Source: an uncultured Candidatus Saccharibacteria bacterium | GTDB lineage: Bacteria; Patescibacteriota; Minisyncoccia; Minisyncoccales; JANBVM01 | Direction of reading: 5' to 3' | Assembly (NCBI GenBank): GCA_964450805.1 | Contig: CAYVDD010000001.1 | Span: 457,288-521,287 of the forward strand | DNA length: 64,000 nt | Part shown: one piece after another, positions 1 through 7,037 of the stretch | Layout of the letters: every line of letters starts with the position of its first letter | Numbering within the stretch: the first letter of the stretch is position 1 | Program-made: the position numbers and the translations under genes | Notes under the pieces: model-generated | Seen by the model: only the letters and a program-made list of their open reading frames with translations | Told to the model about the DNA's origin: nothing | The model's database searches: none

Positions 1-74
1 TCATTCACTTTTTTATTGATAATTTCTTTTAGTGTTTTTTGAAAAGATATTTTAAGTTTTTCTATGTTTTTCAT
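1..74 (-). CDS. hypothetical protein, N-terminal fragment (gene runs off the left edge)
   Basis: ATG at 74-72 on the minus strand opens MKNIEKLKISFQKTLKEIINKKVN. It lies 4 nt after the stop of ORF 79-648 on the same strand, so it looks like an operon continuation. Confidence 0.3.
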   Translation of the reverse strand, partial: MKNIEKLKISFQKTLKEIINKKVN

Positions 75-78
75 ATAT

Positions 79-648
79 TTAACTTATGACATTTAAAAAT
101 TTTTTAAAGCGTTTCTTTATTAAATGCAACTTCATGGGTCTTGGAAGATTTCTTTCTCCTCCTAACTTAATCTTGGTTAAAACAAAGAAAGGACCTTTAT
201 TTCTTCTTAAGGCTTCTTTGATTATTTTTTTTAAATCCTTTAAGGTTGTAACTCTCCTAATCGTGTTATAGCCAACGAGTCTTGAAAGTTTGTCTAACTT
301 TGATGTTTTAGAAATTGAAGGTTCTCCACTGCAAGAGCCATAGGCTTCATTATCTAATACTATATGAATAAGGTTCTTGGGTCTAAAGTGTCCTATAGTT
401 GCTAAAGATCCGAGATTCATTAATAAACTCGCATCTCCGTCAATAATGACGACTTTCTTCTTTGGTTTACTTATTGCAACTCCTAATCCCAATGAAGAAG
501 CTAGACCCATTGAACCAACCATATAAAAATTCTGAGGACTATCGTTCAAATTAAAAAGTTCCCGACTTATAAGTCCTGTTGAGGATATAACCGCTTCTTT
601 TCCTTTCAAGCTATCAATAATTATTTTGATTGCTTCTTTCCTTTTCAT
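79..648 (-). CDS. ThDP-dependent decarboxylase beta subunit (sulfopyruvate/phosphonopyruvate decarboxylase ComE-like)
   Basis: 189 aa with the ThDP-binding motif GDASLLMNLGSL...NEAYGS. Its length and its pairing with a roughly 170-aa partner match the split ComD/ComE layout. Confidence 0.65.
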   Translation of the reverse strand: MKRKEAIKIIIDSLKGKEAVISSTGLISRELFNLNDSPQNFYMVGSMGLASSLGLGVAISKPKKKVVIIDGDASLLMNLGSLATIGHFRPKNLIHIVLDNEAYGSCSGEPSISKTSKLDKLSRLVGYNTIRRVTTLKDLKKIIKEALRRNKGPFFVLTKIKLGGERNLPRPMKLHLIKKRFKKFLNVIS

Positions 649-1154
649 CTTAAAACACCTCTTTTAATTAGAATAACTGCTGGAGTTTGTTTTTTACTTA
701 AGTGCCCCTTTGCTCTAGCAATGATTGATTTCATATTTTTACTATTTAATAAAAAAGACGGAACTCCAATGTTTGTTAACACCTTTTTGGTATTTTTACC
801 GTTTATTAAATGTTGAGGAGCATCTTCTCCAGGCGCTCCCCTCCATGAAACCAATAAAAGTAAAGGAATTTTATAAGGGATTAACAAGGAAGTTAAATCA
901 TTTATTGAATCCATTAATCCTGAGTTCTGCATATATACTAAAGGTCTCTTTCCCGCTAAGTATGCACCTGCTGTTATTCCTATTGCCTCTGGTTCTCTAA
1001 TCGCTGGGATATGTTTTATTTTAGAGTTGTCTTGAAAATTCCTAATAATATATTTTTGAACACCACATGGTACCCCAGAAACAAAATCAAAACCTGATTC
1101 TATCAAGATCTTAACAAATTCTTTTTCTAGTTTTTTTCTCTTTTCTTCACCCAT
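645..1154 (-). CDS. ThDP-dependent decarboxylase alpha subunit (ComD-like, pyrimidine-binding half)
   Basis: 169 aa with VSGVPCG...EPEAIGITAGAYLAG...MQNSGL, typical of the N-terminal ThDP Pyr domain. It overlaps the beta subunit by 4 nt. Confidence 0.65.
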   Translation of the reverse strand: MGEEKRKKLEKEFVKILIESGFDFVSGVPCGVQKYIIRNFQDNSKIKHIPAIREPEAIGITAGAYLAGKRPLVYMQNSGLMDSINDLTSLLIPYKIPLLLLVSWRGAPGEDAPQHLINGKNTKKVLTNIGVPSFLLNSKNMKSIIARAKGHLSKKQTPAVILIKRGVLR

Positions 1155-1156
1155 AA

Positions 1157-2239
1157 TTATATTCTAATATCACTTATTTTTTCTTTATCAAATTTTAAAT
1201 ACCATAAAGGTCGATAATTTTCCCAAGGCCTTATTCTTAAGTTAGAATCTTTATAAATCTTTTCTATTTCTTTTCTTATTTTTAAGTAATACTCAATACT
1301 TCTTGCTTCTGGATGTCTTAATAATTCATGCTCTGGTAAATAGTTCTGAAACACATCAATAATTGGAAACCTAGTCATATAAGGTAAAAATTCCTGAAAA
1401 TTTTTAATTACAACCTCTGGCGATTCTAAGCCTAAAATATAGAGAATTGAAGTATCGAATCCTTTATCAGTTGCAGATTTAAGAATTCTTTTTATGTCTG
1501 GAATCTTGACAGCTGCTTTATTATGACGCAACAATTCCTCTCTTCGTGTAAAACACTCCACTGTAAAGTATAAAGCAAACGGTTTTGCATTAGCTTGTAT
1601 ATCCTTTAAGTTAGTTTCTGTTGTAATCTGAGAGCCGATATACTTAAGTTCTCTATTAAAACCAAATTTATTTAACGTTCTCCTTACCATTAAAATATGA
1701 TCTAACGCCTCTTTTTCGTCTTCGAAGCAACCAGTACAAATACTTACGTCGATAAAGCCAGATAAGTCTTTAATATTATTCTGCACGAGAATTTCATTCA
1801 AGCGTTTACCTAATCTCTCCTCAGTTAATAAATTATTTATGTCTTCAGCATCCTGATTATAAGTTCCACAGAATTTACACCCTCTACATTTACTACGAGA
1901 ATTTGAATTTAATGTCAGGACTGTTTTGTTTCTTCGGAAATAAGTAGAATCACAAGTATCGTTTTCTCTATCTGTTATATGGCCTATAAGATCTTGATTA
2001 AAAAATAGTTTATTACCTCTCAGAGAAAAAGGAGTATTTTTTGTGTTAACACATAAAGCAAAATAGAATAGCTCATCAAATGTATTCAATTTTAATTTAA
2101 ACCTAATCCTTTTGTCGGGAAGATCAGCCTTGATACCACAACAATTAAGAGTAATTAAAATTATATCCTCTACTGGAATACAGTATTTTTTGGAAAACTG
2201 ATAAGCTTGTTTAATGTCTCGAATCATAATAATATCCAT
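1157..2239 (-). CDS. Fe-S / radical-SAM-like enzyme with non-canonical CxxCxxC motif
   Basis: 360 aa with LNSNSRSKCRGCKFCGT (CX2CX2C rather than CX3CX2C), a second CTGC pair, and a TIM-barrel-like ILGLES segment. It is the first gene of the operon with the ComDE-like genes. Confidence 0.4.
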   Translation of the reverse strand: MDIIMIRDIKQAYQFSKKYCIPVEDIILITLNCCGIKADLPDKRIRFKLKLNTFDELFYFALCVNTKNTPFSLRGNKLFFNQDLIGHITDRENDTCDSTYFRRNKTVLTLNSNSRSKCRGCKFCGTYNQDAEDINNLLTEERLGKRLNEILVQNNIKDLSGFIDVSICTGCFEDEKEALDHILMVRRTLNKFGFNRELKYIGSQITTETNLKDIQANAKPFALYFTVECFTRREELLRHNKAAVKIPDIKRILKSATDKGFDTSILYILGLESPEVVIKNFQEFLPYMTRFPIIDVFQNYLPEHELLRHPEARSIEYYLKIRKEIEKIYKDSNLRIRPWENYRPLWYLKFDKEKISDIRI

Positions 2240-2255
2240 AAATCATTTCCCTATT

Positions 2256-2286
2256 ATTTTAAACCATAATTCCATCTATCTGTCAA
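2256..2286 (-). promoter_or_regulatory. candidate sigma70-type promoter for the 2239-1 operon
   Basis: The minus strand reads TTGACA (2286-2281), then N17, then TTTAAA (or TAAAAT at N19), about 15-20 nt before the ATG at 2239. Confidence 0.35.
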
Positions 2287-2290
2287 TCAC

Positions 2291-2310
2291 TAAAATCCGC
2301 CCATCGGCGG
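2291..2310 (-). terminator. intrinsic terminator-like hairpin
   Basis: The minus strand reads CCGCC-GATG-GGCGG followed by ATTTTA, immediately upstream of the 2286 promoter. Confidence 0.45.
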
Positions 2311-2782
2311 AGCTAATACCTTTCCTTATTAATAAACAGCACTATTAAGCTTTTTCAATAAGCTCGTTTACCACCTTATCAAAACCACTTTCTTTTACAT
2401 CCATGTCCTTATTCTAACAGAAAAATCGCTCTCTTGGCGATTAAAGGTTCTAACCATCCTGCTTTGGTGTTAAATTTAAGTTCAAGATTAGTTGCTCCGC
2501 GGGCTGGACGAGGTTAGAACCTGTTTAATACAGGTTCTGGAATAAAAAAGAGGGACAAGAATTATTCTTCATCCCATATTGTTTTGATAGAACTTTATTT
2601 TCTCTGCTTTTATTTTTTGAAGGACGTCTTGAATTCTGAACAAATACCGTATTTTTAATAAATTAAGTATTGATAATATCTTTACGCTTATAATAAAAAA
2701 AGGTCAAGGCTGAAATCGGGTCTTAATGCCACTTGTTCTCTTGAGCCAATCGCAATCGGGCTCCGGCGGTAGGACTCGAACT
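2311..2782 (-). other. long structured non-coding region downstream of glyQS
   Basis: There is no ORF of 60 aa or more on either strand across about 470 nt of an otherwise tightly packed genome. Two further hairpin-plus-U-run elements occur on the minus strand, at about 2545-2580 and 2419-2442. Two mutually exclusive helices share nt 2516-2521: 2516-2523/2531-2538 versus 2446-2455/2512-2521. Confidence 0.4.
2759..2781 (-). other. tRNA 3'-end-like fragment (T-loop, T-stem 3' strand and acceptor 3' strand) without a 5' half
   Basis: The minus strand reads GTTCGAGTCCTACCGCCGGAGCC starting 2 nt after the glyQS stop. The sequence that should form the T-stem 5' strand, D-arm and anticodon arm is AT-rich glyQS coding sequence. 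Confidence 0.4.
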
Positions 2783-4183
2783 TTAATGTTCAATCTTTTC
2801 TTTTAAAAATTCAATCAGTTCTTCTATTTTTATCCTAATCTGCTTTATTGTATCTCTGTCTCTAATAGTGATGTCATTTTGCTTTAATGAATCAAAATCA
2901 ATTGTTATACAAAATGGCGTTCCTATTTCATCCTGAGAATAATATCTTTTCCCAATATTACCCCTGTCATCCCAGACAGTAGAAAATTCAGGTCTTAATA
3001 TTTCATAAACTTCCTTTGCTTTTTTAACCAATTCTTCCTTATTAGCAAGCAACGGAAATACTGCTACTTTATAGGGGGCTAAATAAGGCTTTAATTTTAA
3101 AACAACACGTTCTTCTTTTTTTCCTTTTTCCTCAGAATAAGCATCTAGCAAGACTGCTAAAAAAGACCTGTCTATTCCAAACGTTGGCTCTACAACATGA
3201 GGAATGAATTTTTCTTTTGTTTCTTTATCTGTATAACGCAAGTCAACTCCTGATTTTTCCATATGGTTTTTAAGGTCAAAGTCAGTGCGGTAAGCTAATC
3301 CGTAAAGTTCTTTAAAACTTCCAAATGGAAAATTGTATTCCAAATCTTCTGTCCTCTTAGAATAATGAGATCTCTCTTGCTCTTTTTGCAGCCTCCATCT
3401 AAGATTCTTTTTATTAATGCCCAATATTTCAGTAGTCCATGTCCACATTTCTTTTTTCCAATAATCAAATAATTTTTCCCATTTATTTTTTTTAGGATTA
3501 AAGAAATATTCAAATTCAGAAAGATTAAACTGAAGAGTGCGGAAAATAAAATTACCCAGAGTAATTTCGTTTCTAAAAGCGGGACCTGATTGAGCCAAAC
3601 CAAAAGGAAGGTCAGGAGATAAAGAATCAAGAACATTTTTAAAATTAACAAACATGCCTTGAGCAATCTCTCCTCTTAAATAAGTTAAAGACTTATTCTC
3701 AGGAACAATACCTATATGTGTTTCAAATAAAAGATTGAATTTTCTTGGCTTTGTCCAATCAAAAGCTTTACAGGATGGACAGGGAATCTTTTCTTTATCA
3801 ATAATCTCCTTGATTTTTTCAACATCAAAACCTTCAACTTTTATCTCTTTACCTTTTTTATTAAAATAATCTTCAACTAATTGATCTGCCCTGTTTCTGT
3901 TTTTACATTTTTTACAATCAATCAGAAGATCACTAAAGCTGTCAGTATGACCTGAAGTTTTCCAGACCTGAGGACTCATAATAATTGCTGAATCAAGGCC
4001 ATAAATATCCTCCCTGTCATTAACAAAATGTTTCCACCATATACTCTTAATATTACGTAGAAGTTCTACCCCTAAAGGACCATAATCATAAGTATTAGCC
4101 AAGCCTCCATATATTTCAGAGCCAGGGAAGATAAATCCCCGTCTTTTTGCCAATGATGTAATTTTTTTCATTTTATCAGCCAT
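2783..4183 (-). CDS. glyQS: glycyl-tRNA synthetase (class II, alpha2 type)
   Basis: 466 aa with RRGFIFPGSEIYGGLANTYDYGPLGVEL... and a C-terminal anticodon-binding domain. Confidence 0.95.
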   Translation of the reverse strand: MADKMKKITSLAKRRGFIFPGSEIYGGLANTYDYGPLGVELLRNIKSIWWKHFVNDREDIYGLDSAIIMSPQVWKTSGHTDSFSDLLIDCKKCKNRNRADQLVEDYFNKKGKEIKVEGFDVEKIKEIIDKEKIPCPSCKAFDWTKPRKFNLLFETHIGIVPENKSLTYLRGEIAQGMFVNFKNVLDSLSPDLPFGLAQSGPAFRNEITLGNFIFRTLQFNLSEFEYFFNPKKNKWEKLFDYWKKEMWTWTTEILGINKKNLRWRLQKEQERSHYSKRTEDLEYNFPFGSFKELYGLAYRTDFDLKNHMEKSGVDLRYTDKETKEKFIPHVVEPTFGIDRSFLAVLLDAYSEEKGKKEERVVLKLKPYLAPYKVAVFPLLANKEELVKKAKEVYEILRPEFSTVWDDRGNIGKRYYSQDEIGTPFCITIDFDSLKQNDITIRDRDTIKQIRIKIEELIEFLKEKIEH

Positions 4184-4185
4184 AT

Positions 4186-5847
4186 TTATTGAATTGTTCC
4201 ATTAGTTACTGTTGAATCATCAGGCAAGGTGGTATTAATAGCTGAAGCTGAACCTTGTATAATTGTTCCTGTCCAGCTGTCTTCAGCCGTAATCTGTGCT
4301 TCATTAATTATATTTGGAATCTGACCTCTTTGATAGGCAGATGGAGTAAAAGTGATTTGAAAAGCAATTGTTAAAGGCTGCTTGTTAACCCCAATGCCTT
4401 TTTCTAGGTCTCCTGCCAACCAAACAATTTCTCTTGACTGAGAATCAAAGGTAAACTTCTTAAGTTCTGGTTCTGGAAAAACCCTGCCAGTTAATTCTAT
4501 ATTTTGAGGCAAGATTGCTTTTACTTTTGCATTTTTTACATCTGAATAATGATTCCTAACGTGCCACATAATTGTATAAGTAGTAGCTTGTCCTACCTGA
4601 GGTGGAACAGGACCAGAATTACCAAAAACTTCATCCTGAAAATATGCTTTTTGGTCTATTCCAAGTTTTGAACCAATTTTTGTAACGAATTCTTCTTTAA
4701 CCTGTCCAATAAATACTTTGTTTTTTAAAACAGGGTTTTTAACATTACCTAAATCATCTTTTAATCTTATGAAAAAATCAACCTTTCCTTCTTCTGTTGG
4801 AATCAAATACTGAAGATCTGGAACTCTTCTCCAGTCAAAAACAATAGAATTATCTCCTGCCTGAAAAGTTCCATAATCAGATTTTATTGTTTGAAAATCA
4901 AAAGCTTCTCCTTCCAACTGATTAATCATAAATAAATTACTGGCACTGTCATCTCCCACATTTTTAAAGTAAACCTCATAATGAAGCCAATCACCAGGCA
5001 CAGCAACATATTGAGGGTTTCCATTGATTTCCTGTCTGATATAAAGAGAGTGTCTGACCATCTCTACTCCTTTTGTAGCTTCTTTTAAAACAATGAATTC
5101 ACCATCTTTCCAAACACCTAATTTTGCTTTAAAAATCTTTGCCTCACCTAAATTTCCTGAAAGCCTGCCAGAAATTTCGATTCTTCCTCCTTCTGATTTA
5201 TTTAAAAGAGGGATTTCCCATTCTGTCTGCTCAATTGATTTAGGAGTAGCACTGATAAACTCAAAACCAAAAGGATAATCAATCTGGCACCTTAAATTAG
5301 TTAAAAGATGATTAATATTTGAAAAATAATTAATACGGAAAATGAAATCCTTTTCTGAAGCAACTTTAGAAGGCAAATCAAAATCAAAAGTAATTGGAGC
5401 TGATTTAATCTGACTGGTGAAATCTGACGATGATTCATATCTTGCTTTTAAATCTTTAGGACGATAGCTTAACGAAGCTTTAGTAATTTTAATATCTCCT
5501 TCTTTTCCCAGCACACTTATTTTAAATGAAAATGTTTTTTCTTCTCCTGGATATATTGCTTCGCCCAACTCTTCCTGACCAAAAACCTGTCTTTCATAAA
5601 ACTCACCGTCTTTTAATGAATACTCAGGCGGCTCAAAAACAAGCTCAGGATCATCCAAACGAAAATCTCCTTTGTTCTTATAGCTAACAACATATTCCAC
5701 TTCTTCACCCAAAGTAATTTCAGATGGTCCGAATATATCCAATCTTAAAATCTCTTTGGAGTAAACATTTTTCTGCCAGTTCCAGACAAAACCAGCTATC
5801 CCTGCTAAAACAGCTGTGATTATTAAAAAATTGAAAATCTTTTTCAT
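4186..5847 (-). CDS. membrane-anchored extracytoplasmic protein with repeated beta-sandwich (CARDB/DUF11-like) domains
   Basis: 553 aa with an N-terminal TM helix (FNFLIITAVLAGIAGFVW) and repeated EV.Y.V.YKN.G-type segments. Confidence 0.5.
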   Translation of the reverse strand: MKKIFNFLIITAVLAGIAGFVWNWQKNVYSKEILRLDIFGPSEITLGEEVEYVVSYKNKGDFRLDDPELVFEPPEYSLKDGEFYERQVFGQEELGEAIYPGEEKTFSFKISVLGKEGDIKITKASLSYRPKDLKARYESSSDFTSQIKSAPITFDFDLPSKVASEKDFIFRINYFSNINHLLTNLRCQIDYPFGFEFISATPKSIEQTEWEIPLLNKSEGGRIEISGRLSGNLGEAKIFKAKLGVWKDGEFIVLKEATKGVEMVRHSLYIRQEINGNPQYVAVPGDWLHYEVYFKNVGDDSASNLFMINQLEGEAFDFQTIKSDYGTFQAGDNSIVFDWRRVPDLQYLIPTEEGKVDFFIRLKDDLGNVKNPVLKNKVFIGQVKEEFVTKIGSKLGIDQKAYFQDEVFGNSGPVPPQVGQATTYTIMWHVRNHYSDVKNAKVKAILPQNIELTGRVFPEPELKKFTFDSQSREIVWLAGDLEKGIGVNKQPLTIAFQITFTPSAYQRGQIPNIINEAQITAEDSWTGTIIQGSASAINTTLPDDSTVTNGTIQ

Positions 5848-5852
5848 ATTAA

Positions 5853-6581
5853 TTACTTTTGAACACTTATTTCTAAAAGAAAAGAATAATAATTATCAGA
5901 AATCTCTTTTAAGCATTTAATCTGTTCTTTATCTATTTTCAGGCGCGAGATTATTTTAATCTTATTATTAATAATAATTCTTATTATCTTAACTATTTCT
6001 GGTTTAATTTCTATATCAGATTTTTCATCCTTAAAACAATTCTTGCAAATCACCCCTCCCTGACTGGGATTAAAGTAAAGCTTCTCTGGTTTTAACTTAT
6101 TTCCGCAAACAGGACAAGAATACATTTCAGGTCTGTATCCTAAAAAAGACAAAAAGTTCCAAAAAAAATAATAATAAATTAATTCTGGATTTTTGAAATC
6201 AGTATCATTTAATTTATTAAAAACCTCTGTCAGTAAATCCCAAATTCTTTTATCTTTTTCTTCTCCTTTTATCAAATCATCTAAATTTCCGGCAATTCTA
6301 TAAGTAATATTAAGTTTTTTTAAATCTTTTCTTAAATCTTTAAACTTTTCAATAGCAACAGCATCTGTCAATGTTTTATAGCTTTTTCCCTGAATAAATT
6401 CAATTTCTGATAAATAAAAAGTTTCTATTCCTGCTCTTAATTTTGAAGAAATTTTTCTTATCCCTTTTCCTAATATTTTTAATTTCCCAAAATCTTTTGT
6501 ATAAACGCTAAATAACTGAGCAGACTCACCTCTATCAATTTTCTTAAAAACAAAACCTTTGGTTCTATAATGGACAAACAT
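5853..6581 (-). CDS. recO: DNA repair protein RecO
   Basis: 242 aa with an N-terminal OB-fold pattern (GFVFKKIDRGESAQLFSVYTKDFGKL) and a CPVCG...CKNC zinc finger. Confidence 0.85.
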   Translation of the reverse strand: MFVHYRTKGFVFKKIDRGESAQLFSVYTKDFGKLKILGKGIRKISSKLRAGIETFYLSEIEFIQGKSYKTLTDAVAIEKFKDLRKDLKKLNITYRIAGNLDDLIKGEEKDKRIWDLLTEVFNKLNDTDFKNPELIYYYFFWNFLSFLGYRPEMYSCPVCGNKLKPEKLYFNPSQGGVICKNCFKDEKSDIEIKPEIVKIIRIIINNKIKIISRLKIDKEQIKCLKEISDNYYSFLLEISVQK

Positions 6582-6584
6582 TTA

Positions 6585-7025
6585 TTACTTAAGACCAGAA
6601 ATTTTTTTTAACGCTGCACGCTGTCTCTTTATTTCAAATTCTTTCGGCGTACCCCTTACTGAAGATTCTTCTTGTGCTAATTTTTTATCTACACGCTTAA
6701 CATCTTCAGGATTGAAAGTAGTTTTATTTCCAGGCAGCAATCCCTCAAGTTTTTTTGAGAATCTTGCTCTTTGATCTCTGCCCATTTTAATATTAGGGTC
6801 TGTGAAAAGATCTTGCATGCCTTCCAATTTCCCTCTTAAAGATCTTTTTTCTAAATATCCTTCTTTTCCAAAAACGCTTTTTTCAACTGAATCCTTTTTG
6901 GGGTCTACCCTTTTAACTTCTGACTTTGTGGGTGTTGATGGCGGCACATATTTTCTTTCAGATGGGGGCGTTGATGGCGTTCCTCCGCTCTGTATTCCTG
7001 GTCTAAATAGTGGTTTATTTTCCAT
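6585..7025 (-). CDS. hypothetical low-complexity (P/K/E-rich, probably disordered) protein
   Basis: 146-aa ORF packed between ileS and recO. No motif recognised. Confidence 0.4.
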   Translation of the reverse strand: MENKPLFRPGIQSGGTPSTPPSERKYVPPSTPTKSEVKRVDPKKDSVEKSVFGKEGYLEKRSLRGKLEGMQDLFTDPNIKMGRDQRARFSKKLEGLLPGNKTTFNPEDVKRVDKKLAQEESSVRGTPKEFEIKRQRAALKKISGLK

Positions 7026-7037
7026 AAAATTACTTAA

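Noticed and set aside
2341-2400. T-box riboswitch-like sequence AAGGTGGTAAACGAG (minus strand), next to the tRNA-like fragment and downstream of glyQS
   Set aside because: It lies downstream of glyQS rather than upstream. No Stem I, specifier loop or AGAGA/distal-loop features could be located. The motif falls inside a possible 19-codon ORF and deviates from the GGGUGGUACCGCG core. A similar GGGGTGGTACTTGCGGGG at about 12027-12044 (minus) also lacks terminator and antiterminator partners.
2759-2850. Complete tRNA gene overlapping the 3' end of glyQS
   Set aside because: Only the T-loop-to-acceptor 3' segment is tRNA-like. The 60 nt that would form the acceptor 5' strand, D-arm and anticodon arm are AT-rich coding sequence with no complementarity.
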